Shown: positions 36,077-50,600 of the stretch, in pieces
How positions within the stretch are numbered: the stretch's first letter is position 1
Layout: each line of letters opens with the position of its first letter
NCBI GenBank assembly: GCA_030704615.1
Contig: CM060731.1
Coordinates: forward strand, 20,336,001-20,400,000
Direction: 5' to 3'
Source: Takakia lepidozioides
Taxonomy: Eukaryota; Plantae; Bryophyta
Length of the DNA: 64,000 nucleotides
Position numbers and translations under genes: made by a program
Notes under the pieces: generated by a model
What the model saw: only the letters and a program-made list of their open reading frames with translations
What the model was told of the DNA's origin: nothing
The model's database searches: none

Positions 36077-36895
36077 ATGGCCGTTCCTACAACGATGGAT
36101 GTCACAGAGTCCTCGGATGTGGGCAGGAGTAAGAATGGGGCTTTGGCAGTCAACAAGTCTTCCAGCAAGATTGGGAAGGGCATAAGGCGAACGATGGCCC
36201 AGCCGCGGCCAGCACCGCAGGTGTACAAGACGGAACCTGCCGAGTTTAGATCGCTGGTGCAGCAATTGACAGGCACCTCTCCACCTGCGGAAACTAGCGC
36301 AGCAGCACCCAAGCATAGCAGCTCGCGGTTGCAAAAGATTGCCCCTCCTCCATTGCGCCCAACATTTTCGTATCCCTCGGTGGCGCAACCACAAACAGTG
36401 GCGCCTCCTCCACTGCCTTTGCCAACAGGCGTGCAGAGATCGGATGCAGTGTCTTTCGGTGGGTTTTCCCCTCGCTCTTCACAAAGAGTTTCTCCTTTTC
36501 CCGTCTTCCCCCTGTCCTTCTCTCCACTCCCGCCTTTGTCTCCCAGTGATCAAGTCTGGTTGAATTCTTTGAACTCCTTGGAGTCTCCAGGGAGTGCGGC
36601 CATGCGGCAACTGGCACAAAGTATGGCTGGAGGGGATTTTCCTGGGACTAGACAAGAGACAGGGCCAGTACCGTCAACTTTGCAAGTCCCATTGTCTCCC
36701 CGCTTCTCTTCTCCCCTATCTCCTCGATTCTACAACCCATTCGGTCTCGTTAGTCCCACTAGCGTTGGAATGCCCCAAGGCTTTGGGAATCCTTACGGTT
36801 TCAGCAACAACTATTCGCCCACCGCGGCCTTGGCCATCGATAACTCTTTCACTTTTCCAGGACCCGAGTTCATGTCCAATTCAGGCTTTTCTTAA
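36077..36895 (+). CDS. VQ-motif-containing protein, intronless
   Basis: PQVYKTEPAEFRSLVQQLTG (FxxxVQxLTG), SSRLQKIAPPPL, and an SP-rich C-terminus with LESPGSA. Confidence 0.93.
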   Translation: MAVPTTMDVTESSDVGRSKNGALAVNKSSSKIGKGIRRTMAQPRPAPQVYKTEPAEFRSLVQQLTGTSPPAETSAAAPKHSSSRLQKIAPPPLRPTFSYPSVAQPQTVAPPPLPLPTGVQRSDAVSFGGFSPRSSQRVSPFPVFPLSFSPLPPLSPSDQVWLNSLNSLESPGSAAMRQLAQSMAGGDFPGTRQETGPVPSTLQVPLSPRFSSPLSPRFYNPFGLVSPTSVGMPQGFGNPYGFSNNYSPTAALAIDNSFTFPGPEFMSNSGFS

Positions 36896-39065
36896 GCTTG
36901 TTACTGCCCGTCACATAGGTTTACATTGAGTGGTATTGTATTAGCTTCTCGCTGTGAAATCCTTCCCCACCGTGCTCCCATTCTTCAGCATCTGGCGTAA
37001 AAGCTTGGATCAATTTTTTCGGTCGATCATGAGGCTCCTTTGCAGGCAGTGCTGGTGGCATGGTACCGGCCGCGTTCAGGGAGGTGCTATGGGGCACGGT
37101 CAACTTTCAGCTTTTCCAAGGTACAAGCTCCTAGCACCTGAGATTGAGGCCGACCTTTGTGTCAGACTGGGGCACTGTTGAACGGGATCTGAAGGACGAC
37201 CTTGGGGACAATGCGAGAGCAGCACCGACTTGGGGGCATTGATAATTGATAGATTATCATTATATGGACATGTGGTGGACCCTGGAGGCAGGGAAGCACC
37301 ACTTTTATAAAGTATGTAGGGCCCTTCTCCTTACCTCAATGTGCATCTCTCTGCAGTTGACTTAAGGACAGCTGCAGAGGCTTTGGCCATGAGTTAGCCA
37401 AGGTTTTTGAGCAAGAGAGTGGAAGGAGGTGGTTTTGAAAGGTAAGACAGACTAAGGGTCATGGAGGTATTGTCACAGGATGAAGTGACTCACACAGATT
37501 GATGGGGATGAGAGGTAGAGCAGTTTGACAGTGTACAAATATGCTAATGTTTAGCTGAATGGTACCCTTTGCCGGTACCTTGTAACTCTACATACTTCAC
37601 ACATTGATAAACGACATTCTGGACATTGTACTCAATTTGTGTGTATGCCTTGGGCTGAACATATTAGATTCAAACTTTGGACTTTTGAGGTTTGTGGTTT
37701 CTGTGACTAAAGCTGGAAGATTTGGTAAGATGGCTACAGTGAAGCAACCATGAAAGCTCCGACTGGTTGCAAGTGTTTGGTTCCAACAGCCAGATGCACA
37801 GGATTTGTGAGCTGAATTTGAATTGAATACCATAGCAAAGGTCATTGAGATCCACATTTGTCTTTTTATACAGACCTCTCATAAGTTACTCCATCTTGCA
37901 TTGAAAGAGCTGGAGGTGGTTGATGCACTCTCCCGACGTTTTGTACACTTTGAGGAAGGTGTATGCATGTTGCCAATCATCAATCTCATTTTCTTTCTGG
38001 GTTTCATATTGGTGCACTTGCTGAGTATGACTTGGCTGCCAGAGTCCGTTACAATCCATGGATTATTGCTTCTTCTCTGACATTTCTAGTGCTAAGTTTA
38101 ACCTGCATGTTGTGAACCTCCATTATGGATATCTGTAAAACAAAGTGTAAAGAATGCATGCTGTTACTTCAAGACACTCATGCACTGACTCTGAGTACTT
38201 GGTCTTGCAAAGCAAGACTTAGTTTGAGCAGGAAGAACATCCATGGCATTCATATAGAAATGGAAACACCTGTCCTCAACTTTTATGTTCCCCTCTTCAT
38301 ACAGGCCGAGTGCGTTTAGCAAACTTACTACACTACTACACAATCTCGATTAGCGCCAAGAAGCAGTGAGTGGGCAACATCCCGGAAGCACACACAGGGG
38401 ACAAAATAAGCAGTAAAGTTGGGGTGGAGATGTGGAAACAGCAGACCAGGGATCGAACATCAATATTGAAGGAGTGCACCAAAAGGGCCACAAGGGTGTG
38501 AGTGATATTTTAACTAATTCCTCAAAGTTAATAACTCCAGTAAATCTGTAAATCATTGAACGACCAGACAGAGCAACTAAAAACTGGGTTCAAAGAAAGG
38601 ATGTCATGGATATGACCAATTAGTGCGACTACAAGCGATTTCTCATCACCTTACTTCCCCCAAGTTCCGCTTTGGTAGAAGTGGGCACAGGTACCAGATG
38701 GACGGTCTTCTTAGGGGGATTTGGGGGGCCATTGAGTTGCAGACCTGCTCTAGACACCACCCTAGGAAACACACTGTCGATTCCAGCACTCTTGCTTAGC
38801 CCCTGATCTGGCCACAAAGCATCAAACCAAGTATGGAGCTCCTTCATATGGACAAGGTCTATGATTATAACCTTATTTACAGGGGCCACAAAGCATTGAA
38901 AAATTGAGATAAATTCTTCAACGCAACCTTCAGTGTCCCAGCCACGTGACCCACAGACGTGTACGTACAATAAAGTATGAGACACCTGGAGAAACTTTCT
39001 GAAGAAGGTGAGCCTTGCCCCAAAGAAGCTTGCTTAAAGTAGCACTGCAGGTTTGAAGACTACAC

Positions 39066-42000
39066 TTAAGGAGAGGAGCCTGCACTGGCGACATCTTCTT
39101 CCTCCACTGTCAGCCAGTCATTGAACTCACCCCTCTCAGGATTATTTCCTTGTGTATCATCACTGGAAACCTCCCCCTTTACAACTTGGGAACTGCTGGA
39201 TATCTCTTCTGGGTTGCCACTCTTGTCGTCCTTTCCCACCTTACTGGCATCCTGTCCCATCAGTGCCATCTCACTCTCCAAGTTCTCCGGCATCTGCAAT
39301 TATTCTCGATGGCCATAAAAGGTATCACTAACTTAACATGTCATCTCACTACCTTCTGGCACAAAATTACCAGCTGATTGAAAAGAATCATGGTTGCAGA
39401 AACTTGGCACATTAAAGTGGCTGAGGAAACCCCCACACTGCACACACTCACATACCACTCTTTTTTCTGTAAGGGCAAAGGGGGTAGGATATACTTGCTA
39501 GTCAGCCAATGCTTTCAGTTGAATACCTCTCGTGCACTGTTATCGTCATCTTCAAGATCACTGAAGGATACATCCTCATCAGCATTCTCTGGTACCCCTG
39601 CTGTAAGTTACTGATCAGGAAAGAAAGTCATATGCAAGGAGTCATATGCAAGGTAAGTGCTACAATCCATTTCCTTCATGACCAAAGCGCATGGGAGTTG
39701 TCTGTCTTGCTGCAACCTGTTGGACAATGCTGTCCTGTCGGCTGAGGAGGAGATCAAAACTGGAAAATGTCAATGCCAGAAACATTTGACTCTTTCTTTT
39801 ACAGTCACGTCAGTGTCCAACTAGGGTTATATCAGCAATGAAACTCATGCTGTCTAGTCTAAGATCAATGCCAACATGCTCAATTGGACTGTTGGTAGCT
39901 GTGCGTGAGTGAATGGTAGCATGCCCAACATGGCCAAGGTATAACCTTCCTATAGCAGCGTAGCTCACCCACAATAATCCAATGTACTTTGTGCCCCAAT
40001 ATTCCTTTAAGACTGATACACAAAATCTGACCTTCATTTGGGGTCCCCTGTGGTGCCATGTCTTCAATGGCTGACCCACTTGCATCCTCCCCATCAGCAT
40101 TATCCAGCCACTCATCCACTTCATCCTCATCTTCAAGCTTTAAAGCTGAAAACTGGCCAGTGCTTACTTCCGCTGGCTCTTCGCACTGCAGGGTTATCAA
40201 AGGAACTTCCTCCCTGGACTCTGCCATGGTGAGAACCTCACCAACTGTTACTCCAGACTCCATGCTCTGAGAAGGTTCACTATTTTCATTGTCTGCCTGT
40301 GCCAATTCGTTGGATGCCCCATCATTGGCTCTCAATCGTTGAAGGAGGAGTGCACGGGTTCTGACAATCTGCAACAATGACCAATAATACAAAATTCACT
40401 TGTGGAAAGAACAACAATACCAGAAAATCAGAAGAAAATCACAAAAAAGTTGTGGTGCGCAACAGCCTGAATGGATGTTAGGTCATTAAATTTCAAACAT
40501 TCGGCCACCTGCCTGCATCTGAACACTCCTGATTTCATGATTCCGGATGTGGAAATGTGTAACACGTCCTTTTAGCATCATGCGCTCACAACACATTACC
40601 TTTTCTTGTCTATTCCTCTTCTTCCTAGTCCTAGACTTAATGGACCAATGACCATCCCCCGCCTCCATTGAGGCCATCATGTGAGAGTCTTTCATCAGTG
40701 GCATACATCTTCCCCATCCCACCGATCCACCCTTGATAGTCCCCACAGGGAAGGCAAGTTGTAGGTAGGTGGTTTTGATCCACCAGGATAGAACCCGGCC
40801 TGAAATTGCAGTAGCATTCACAGAGGATAGTGGGAATAAAGGTTTTGCATTGAGATCTCACTGGAAGCAGCAGGCTCAATTCATTACTGATACTGTAGCA
40901 CCCTCCAATTGATTTTTGCAATTTACATTGGTCTATGCAGGTCCACATACCTGAGGTGTGGACAGAAGCTCTGCATCTGGTTTGCTGAGGCGTGAGTGCA
41001 GCAGCACAAAATAAATCTTCCAAAATCGCCCACTGCTAATAATATCTGGGCACAGCTCAATGTGCAGTGCTGCTAGTCTGGGTGCTGCATGCCCCACAGC
41101 CTCAGCATGCTCTTGCTGCGCCTCCATCATGTCAAAATCTGTTGGCACAGCCACATGTTAAGGAAACCTAAGTACAGATTACAACTTCAGCACCAGAAGG
41201 GGGAGAGAAGAGAGAGAGAGGAATGAATGGGTAAAGCTTCCAAAAAATTTGTAGAAAAAAGGTAACTACTCTCAAGTTGTGGAGGGAACAAACAAGGGCA
41301 AGAAAGCAAGCACCACAGAAAGCCAGGAAGATAAGGACAAAAGAAAGAATGATATTGATTACCCTCATCATCGTCATCATCTGCAAGCGGAAAATCAAGC
41401 CAGGTCTCAGGATGCATTGCAATGTTGTTTGCAAATGCCACCACCTCATCAGTTAAGCCCACAGCCCCCACTGGGGTGGAGGTTTCTATGTCCCGGCTGA
41501 AAGGAAGCAGGCTCGATGCAAATTTTGACAGGCCATCAATACCACTGGCAAGTGCGCTTGGCCGAGAGTCCTGTGCAGGACAGTGGGTACCAAAAATGAT
41601 TTCAAGAGGAGGCACACAGAACTTGTACTGACTCATTGATGTAAAAAAGAAAAAGACACGCTTATGGTATTCCTCTGTTGCTTAATGCTGCGCCATGATT
41701 AGAAGCCAGTCCTTATATCTTGAATTCTCCAGCATTACTTGTTACCAACAAGGGAGCAGAGGGCCACCAGAAGTTCCATCCTTGCTGGCTACAGTTTCTT
41801 TTCCAACCACCTTATCCATTCTTTCAAAACTACATTCAAAAGGTAACTGAAAGCTAGGGATCCCAATGTCATCACAAGGAAGATGGTTGCTATCAGGAAC
41901 AAAAGGGAAAGTATAAATAATAAATAACAAAGATTTGCCATTTGCTGACGAGCTAAGATCCCAGTCCCAAGTGTTGCAGGAGTGTCTGCCAGCTGTAGCT

Positions 42001-43622
42001 CAGATATGAAACCCTCCGTTCTCTTTCATAACTAGCAAGAAGACCATAGTCAGTTTGTGTGATGATGGATATCCCCTTGCCATTTGGAAGCTTCAGCTCA
42101 AACTGAGTTAGCTATGGTATCCCTGAACTGAACCAATGTCCCAACCCTCTTGGACAATCTCTAAACAGCAGATTGATGCTTGTGTGAAGGGATTTCTAGA
42201 GGTTATCTGGAAAACCCGGATTAATTCTTTATATGGAGGTAAGTCTTACTACCAACGTCAGCCCCTGACAGAGGTAGGTTCTGTCCCTTTTGTTCCCGCT
42301 CAAACTGGGCGCGGGGTCAATGGCCACAAGGCTACGGCAAACAACGTCTTATGAGTACAATCTAAACAGCTTGTTAAATCAAGGTAAGTCACACTACCAA
42401 GGTGAGCCCCTCACAAAGGTAGTGCCTATTCCCTAAGTTTCCATCCAAACTCGGCGGGGGTCTATTGCCACGAGGCTACGGCAAACAAAGTCTTATGAGT
42501 ACATTCAAAATAGCTACATTTCTGCCCCACTTAAATTTTTATTTCTGCAACATCCATGAATGCAGAATCCTTTCCTTACTAACAAAACCCATGTGGGCAT
42601 CCCAATATTACCTCCAGTCTAGAGATTCCTTCCAAACCTTAAGTAGAATGCCACCTGTAAACTCTGGTAAACTTCTTCTGCTACTCTATGTTGATCACAT
42701 TCTGCTCTACTTCAAAAACCATTTGTTGTCATTGGCAAATACTAATTGTTCCCATTTCTTCATAACATGAACATGTTAAGTAGGATCACCACAGGGTAGA
42801 TTGCAAAGTGGAACCAGCATGCAATACTGTCACAGCTGATTGATACAGACTGAATGAAAATGTGATTACCTTGGAGTATGATTCAACCTCTTCAACCTGA
42901 AGGTCACCTTCCCGCTGCATGGACTCCAAGGGTGATTCATATCCTCTGACACTTCCTGCAGGCCTCTCTCTAGAAAGCCTGCCCCCAAGTAAGGGCTTCA
43001 GCAGGGAATTGAACCTAGTATTTCTAGTGCCTTGACCGACAGGGCTCTCCGGATAGCCAGAATCACTTAGTTGTGGGGTGGTCTCCATAGCTGAAGCTTC
43101 ATCATCAGATTCATCCCTAGTAACCACCCGAATGACTGAGGAAATTCGTGAGAGACCTGTTGCCACACTCCCTCTCAATTCCGCAAGATCACTGCGAATG
43201 CCTGTCAATCGCTGATCTGATCCCCGTCCTTCCACTTCATTTGGAAGAAAGTTGATTTCTTGGTTGGCTTCCTTGGCATTGTGATTCTCCTCTTCCTCTC
43301 CCGAGGGAATCACATAATTTTGTATATCACTGCGTGGTGACCCGATGTTTCTGGGTGAGCCGGCTCTTGACACCTCAGAAGATTTGTCATATGGGGGCGG
43401 AGCCAAAAAGGATGCAACACCCCATAGCTGGCGGGTGAGACTCTTGGTCAATTCGGACAGATCCTCTTTCACACCCTTTCCTGCGCCGCTAGCCATATTC
43501 GCCAGATTTGCATCCCCTTCCCCTTCATCCTTCTCGTCTTCATTTGTACGTTCTTGCTCCTGTGTGGATTGTCGGGGCGAGGATGGAAGAGACAGGGAGA
43601 ACGAATTGGAAAACCACGACAT
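39066..43622 (-). CDS. BSD domain-containing protein, multi-exon
   Basis: GVKEDLSELTKSLTRQLWGVASFLAPP; GAVGLTDEVVAFANNIAMHPETWLDFPL; AQQEHAEAV..APRLAALHIELCP...RFWKIYFVLLHSRLSK; acidic exons ending FNDWLTVEE. Confidence 0.9.
42163..42502 (+). repeat. Dispersed repeat in a BSD intron (one copy plus a partial tandem copy); possible non-LTR retrotransposon 3' end
   Basis: CAGCAGATTGATGCTT...GGCCACAAGGCTACGGCAAAC..GTCTTATGAGTACA, partly repeated at 42358-42502. Homologous in inverted orientation to ~54455-54650. Confidence 0.75.
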
Positions 43623-44780
43623 GGGAGACGGATACTCTCTTCTTACAAAAGTCGATGAAATGATAGCTACGGAAGGCTACAATACAAGTCAGTTCAGAAA
43701 GCTGTTGCAACCAAGGTGACTACTTGATGCGTCGAGAGTCGTAACCTTCTCTCCCGTTCTGTCTGGTCCAAATGCTGAATCCGGAAGTTTGCTATATACC
43801 TGCACAGAGGCTTCAGCGGGATCCCCTGACACCCACAACTGCCAAAACAAGGTACCCAGCCAGGACTTTCTCCAAGTTCACATCCGCAATCTACTGTAAC
43901 CGAATGCACGCAACTGCACCGGGCAACATTGGAGCTTACTTTACAATCTTCTGAGGTCGATTCACATGAACCCTGGGCGATCCCCCTTATGTAGCTTCCA
44001 AAGTACGAGCTTATTGCCCCGCTACGCTTTCACAATTGCGTGAGACGCCTTTTCAGACATCAATATCCAAGAGTGACCAAGGCAGGTCCTGCTTCAGTTG
44101 TATGCTTTCCCCTCTAAGTCCTCAGCCAGTTTGGGCTTTTCCAAACTAAATCCGTCCTACACCCATCCAGTGTGCGGGAAAGTGAACCCTGATTGCTTAC
44201 AGAGACATGCTTCTACACACGCACATAAGGTGCCGCAGATTTCCAGAGTTGTAACAGTGCCCAGTAAGACATAGGAAGCTGAAAGCCTTGTACATCTGTC
44301 CTACTCCCACACACTGTGCATGAAACTGAACCCTGATTGCTTCAATACACAAGCTTCTACCTCCACGCACAAAATCACGAATGCCACTCGCTTCAAGCTG
44401 CCCCAATTCCCAATTTCGGAAGACTTCACTTCAGGACATGAGAAACTCAACAATTCAGCAACCAATTGCAAGAATCGCTATGGCAGAGGTCGCCACCAGA
44501 GCAAGAGGACAGAGAGGATAGCTGCACATCAGCCATAGCAGGCCACTCTCCTCCTTCCGCCATGCCTTCCACAACCATCCATCCGCCCATGTATGATAAC
44601 CCCATGCACCCATCCATCTCTACACCCCCATCAATCCACAATCCACCCATCCAGAGGGAATTTCTCCTGTACATTTAAGTCTTGTCCTCTTGAGACTGCC
44701 AAGCTTTGTCAGTGTTCAGGAAATCCAGATATGGACTGGTATAACTTGCATCCGTGCTTGTTTTGCCCTTGGCACAACAT

Positions 44781-44835
44781 CAAAGCGTTGGAGAAGGAAC
44801 AAAGCGTTGGAGAAGGATCAAAGCGTTGGAGAAGG
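44781..44835. repeat. 3 x 19-bp tandem repeat
   Basis: CAAAGCGTTGGAGAAGGA(A/T) three times, last copy partial. Confidence 0.9.
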
Positions 44836-45319
44836 CTCGGACCCATTTGATTACCTTCTATGATCTGCTGCGAAGAACTGACTATGGTGGGAATGTGCAA
44901 TAGTGAAGGATTGTTTGTTGAAAGTTTGACATACGATATGGGGTTCTGCCAAATTTGATCAGTTGGAGCTATAAAATGTATGGACAAAAACATCCCTCAA
45001 GTCTTGTCTTTGGTCAGGCTTTCCCACATCAGAACCAAGGATTTTAGTGTCTTCTCTGTTAAACCACTAAAAGCACTGGAGCACAGACCTTCCCTCTTGA
45101 GGATTTCACCGGTTGAGACTTGAGACCCATCATCTTTAAAATCTTCATTGGTAAAACATGTTCGCCTAGCAACCAACGTTTTGGAGATAGCCCCATTCCA
45201 TATAGATAACAAAAATGAAAGACTGCAAGGCCAGTTAACATCAAAAGATCCGCTCCTTCACTCTCTGCATCTATCAAGGGCACCAGTTCTGGCAAGTCTC
45301 CACCAATAACATGCAGACA

Positions 45320-47273
45320 TCAAGCAGGAGAGCCTGCACCAAATGACTTCACAATGCCACTAACTCGCTCTGCAAACGCTGGTGATGTGATCCTCTTTCC
45401 AGGAACATGAAATGGGTTCGAAGCAGCATCTACATATGCCGCATGAAATCGCCGAAAAAACTGACCAACACACCCCAAAGTCAGTACTCTCTCGAAGTTT
45501 GATGGAGAATAACTTGGTAGTGGGCCCCATAATAGGATCTTACCACCATACTAGAAAATTCTACACATTTGTCAATTGCTCCCTCCGGACACCGCAGTCA
45601 TTTTCACTTGGCCCAAGAATCATAAGTCAAAAGCCTGGACATGCATCATAAGCTGTCTATGACCGGAGGCTTTCACTTGACCCAAGATTGGAAAGAGCTT
45701 TCGAGGACTGCCGGTATAAGATTGTCACAGGGAAATTAACAAACTGAAAACACTGGCCCTTGTATATTGCACAACAAACCCTCTGCTGGCTAGCATCTAC
45801 AGCAGGGCTGCATACTGATATGGGTGTGGAAGAAAAGACACCATCCAAGTGTATCACTTACATTTCTAACATCAGCATCCCTCAAATCTTGATCAGTGGT
45901 CACCAAAATAAACTTGATCTTGGTGTTACTCAAGTAACCAAACCTGCACAGCCATCAGTCTTTCTTCAGCCCATTTGAAAACCAATGCTTATTAAGTGCT
46001 CACTTCAACCCCCCAACTCCCTTCTTCCAAAACCTGCAAAGGCTCAGTTATTCTTCAAGTCTTTTTAATGGTGATGCTCATTAACCTGCTCATGTCCTAC
46101 CCAACTCATTTCTACACAGACAGGAAACCTCGGAATAAGTATGCTGTACATAACCCCTCTAGATGTTCTTGGAACCCGTATGCCTTCAATGTCAGCTTTG
46201 GGAGCAACATGATTCATTCAACGTACACTTTATAGTCTTCTGTTGGGTAGAGAAGTCCCAAATAAGTCTCATTCAAGCTCACACCTGACTTCTTCGGATT
46301 ATTCACTGGAGCCAGAAACAAAACCCAATACATCAGTCACGGTTGGAACTGGATATACTAAATATAAGATGCCGAAAAGGGCAGGGAGGAGGTCTTGTCA
46401 ATGCTGTGCATATGCTGGTCATGAGCAGAACTGCTTAAAAGTGACTGCTGCCTCTGTTGCACACAATCACCTTGACAAAGATTATCTAGCTCTTAGTCTC
46501 TGCTTAAAGGGAATGACTTGTGAGTCATGTAAGTGCTCACCTTTTTCATCAATGATGTCAAGGGAGCAGTGCACAATATAGTGGAATTTGAGGATATCAT
46601 CACCCTCCATAAAACTCTGCAAATACAACGGGTTGTTCTGCACCTCTTGCCCACCCCTCGTGTCAATTTTCCTCCATAACCAATGCTTACTGATACTTTC
46701 CAACATCCAGGTACAAGACTACGTTATCATACTGCCCTCCTGAACCCTGACGGACATGCTGCGAGGATTAAGCGTACCATCAATGGTCCAGACTTAAGTA
46801 GCCCTAAACATTCCCGTAAGTCTGAGATCTCAGGTAAGTTTCTCACCAGGATATGCTATCTCATGGGAAGGGATGAATCAGAACGACCTTCGATTTCGTT
46901 TACACTTACGCCATCTATGCTCAAGCCATTCTTTTGCATCCGCCACAAAGCAGGGAGGATGATATTTAGTCTAAAACTTGCCCACTGTGCCTCCAAAAGG
47001 CTGGTTGCAAACCTGTTGCAGCTATGACTTGCATCAAACAATCGAAGATGTGGGTAGTGCTCTGGCCTTTGCTGATCTCTAATAATCTGACCACTACGTT
47101 ACAGAGATTTGTCTCTTCTCAAAACCTTAGCATGAGATCCATTTACATCTAGAACGCAAGCATTAGGTTAGATACTTCGAGTCTGACTCGAAGACTGAGA
47201 AGAGAAACGCCGCAGCACTGAAGAAGGACAAGGAGCACACCTGCTGGCCCACCACAGCCACGCAAACAATCAT
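45320..47273 (-). CDS. TRAPPC2L: Trafficking protein particle complex subunit 2-like (Sedlin family), 5 exons
   Basis: MIVCVAVVGQQ | NNPLYLQSF..DDILKFHYIVHCSLDIIDEK | VNNPKK..ETYLGLLYPTEDYKV | FGYLSNTKIKFILVT..LRDADVRN | FFRRFHAAYVDAASNPFHVPGKRITS; GT-AG introns. Confidence 0.93.
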
Positions 47274-47691
47274 GGTGATTCCCGCGTTTCTTCAAGATGA
47301 CTCTCTACACGCGAGCAATCTACACTCAACTTTTTCGACAGGAGCATGGCATGATGAGGGCCACAACACCAAACTGCAATTGGGTGACCGTGGAGAACAT
47401 GGATTTCGCAAACAGGGGACAGTGGCCTTGAAGAATTTTTATTGAAGGAAGCTCTGTTGGATGTGGTCAAAGCTGTGCGGGCAGACGACCTAATGCATCC
47501 AGATTCAAGGCAATGCACTAGAGACAATTAGCATCAGCTCTCGTGGGGTTAGCCTCTTTCTGCTCTGCGAGTTACTTGCATGTATGGATTACTGAACATA
47601 AATGAGACGTGCACAGGTTAGGAAAGAGATTGTTAAGATTGCTTGGTACAAGATTAAGACATAGGTACTCATGATACTCATAGTGGTATTC

Positions 47692-50600
47692 ACAATGAAA
47701 AAATTCAGCAACGTCATGCCAGCTTAAATGTCTTTTCTGGTGGAGGTGCTATGAGGAAGGCCAGTGCAATTTGCTGTCACCCCAGACAAGGATTTAGATA
47801 TGGAGAGAATCACATACAGACTAAGCTGGCGGGTGAAGTGGGTCTGGTAGATCCACCCTGACATTTACAACTCTGGTGAATACCACCATATAGAGAGCTG
47901 CCAATTTGGAAGCTTCCTGATGTGGAAAGTAGAGTAATGCAAGATTTTCCCAGAACACAACAAAGAATTTTTCGTTGAGTCTTCTGGGGATCCCCCGTGT
48001 TCAACCTTTTGATGCAAAACTTTCTAAGCCACTGTGATTCCCCTCGAATTCATATACCATCTTGGAAGGCATTATGTGCAACTGTTCGCCCATCAATCTT
48101 GGAAATAAACTCGGAGGCAGTGTGAACAATTGAAGCTTCTGGATAGTGTGGAGAGATGCCCCAGGGGCTGAGAAGCCCAAAAGCAATGGGCAGCTTCTGA
48201 TTGTGGTGTTACATAGAGAGGGCCTTTTGCTCTTCTTTGCAGCATCCTGTACATCCCACTTGAGAAGGCATCCTGCTGGGCCCTGCCACGTTGCCATGAG
48301 TTCCGCAGGCAGCAGTCACTGAGGGTGGCCAACCAACCACTCCAGCACAGCCCCTGGGACCCCCTTCTGAGCCATCAAGAACCTTCAGGTGTGTTATGAC
48401 TTATGACACCTATCCATCTCCATCATCATTTTTCCCACCTTTGCAGTATCCTCCCACCCTCCAGCTGCAGAATAGATGTCGGATAGCAACACATAAGTTG
48501 CAGCATCCTGTGCATCCCACTTGAGGAGGCATTCTGCCACACGTTCTGCCACCTCCACATTGCCATGAGTTCTGCAGGCAGCAAGTAAGGTCCCCCACAC
48601 CACCGCGGCAGCAGCTGGTTCAATTGGCATTTTGTTAATGAACTCCTCTGCCTCCTCCATATGCCCTGCACGGCCAAGAAGATCCACCATACCTGTGATA
48701 TGCTGAACTTTAGGAGTGAGGCCATGATCTCGACTCATCGAGTCAAAATAGTGCTTGCCTTCATCAACTAGGCCCACATGGCTACATGCAGAGAGAAGAC
48801 ATGTAAAAGTGATAGAGCTCGGCTTCAAGCCTTCCTGTGCCATGACTTCAAACAGTTGGAGGGCCTCCCTACCACATCCATGCTGACCATATCCAGCAAT
48901 CATAACACTCCAGGAGACCACATCTCGTTGATCCATACTATCAAACACTTGATGTGCATCCATTAAACTCCCACATTTGGCATACATGTTGACAAGGGCA
49001 TTCTCCAAAATAGTGTATGACCTTATTCCAGCTTTGAGGATGTCAGCATGGACCTCTTTGCCCTTTTCCAGAGCTGCCAGGCTGGCACACGCATTGAGAA
49101 CGGAAATGAAAGTGATCTTGTCTGGCTTTACCCCCTTCCCTATCATTTGATCATACAACTGCAAAGCCTCCTTACCACACCCATGCTGAGCATATCCAGC
49201 AATCATAGCACTCCAGGAGACTACATTGCATTCAACGATATTGTTGAATACTTGACATGCATCCTTCATGCTTCTGCATTTGGCATACATAGCAACAAGG
49301 GCAGTCTCCACAATGACATCTAGTGGAAATCCAGCTTTGACGATGTCAGCATGGACCTCTTTGCCCTTTTCTAGGGCTGCAAGGCTGGCACACGCATTCA
49401 GAACGCTAATGAATGTGACCTTGTCTGGCGTCACTCCTTTCCGTACCATTCGTTCATACATCACCAAAGCCTCCGTACCAAACCCATGCTGAGCATATCC
49501 TGCAATCATTGTACTCCATGAGACCAGATTGGGCTTCATACCTTCCTGCTCCATTTGCTCAAATAGTTGCAGGGCCTGTCCACAACAACCATGGTGAGCA
49601 TATCCGGTGATTAATGTGTTCCATGACACCACATTTCGGTGAGACATGTTGTCAAACACTTGCTGTGCATCCTTCACGTTCCCACATTTGGCATACATGT
49701 CAACAAGGGCAGTCTCCAGAATAATATCTGGCCCAATTCCAGCTTTAATGATGTTACCATGGATCTCCTTGCCCTTTTCCAGGTTTGCCAGGCTGGCACA
49801 TGCGTTGACGATGCAAATGAAAGTAACTTTGTCCGGCGCAACGCCTTCCCTTACCATCTCCTCATAGGTCTCCAAGGCCTCCCTACCACACCCCTGCTGG
49901 ACGTATCCTGTGATCATTATGCTCCAGGTGACCACATCCCGTTCAGCGATTTTATCAAACACTCGAAGTGCATTTTTCATGCTCCCACATTTGGCATACA
50001 TGCTCAAAAGAGTATTCTTCAGAATGATATTCGGCTGAATTCCAGTTTCGATGATGTCAGCATGAATCTCTTTACCCTTTTCCAGAGCTGCCAGGCTTGC
50101 ACATGCCTTGAGAATGCAAACAAATGTGACCTGAGTGCGTGTCACACCTTCCCGTATCATTTGCTCATAGATCTCCAAAGCCTCCCTACCACACCCATGC
50201 TGAGCATACCCTGCAATCATCACACTCCATGAGACCATATTTCGTTGAGTCATACTGTCAAACACTTGACGCGCATACTCGATGCTCCCACATTTGGCAT
50301 ACATGCCAACAAGGGCAGTAGTTAGAATGATATCTGGTGCGATTCTAGCTTTGAGGATGTCATGATGGACCTCAATGCCCTTTCCCAGGGCTTCCAGGCT
50401 GGCATACACCCCGAGGACAGAAATGAATGTGACCCTGTCAGGCTTCACCCCTTTCAGTATCATTAGCTTGTAAATCTCGAGGGCCTCTCTACTACACCCA
50501 TGCTTCGCATAGCCCGCTATCATTGTATTCCACGTAAGCATATCTCGTTCAAGCATTTTGTCAAACACTAGGCGTGCATCCACCACACTTCCACACTTGG

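Noticed and set aside
44466-44678. Pro/His-rich ORF
   Set aside because: Explained by low-complexity CCAT/CATCC repeats.
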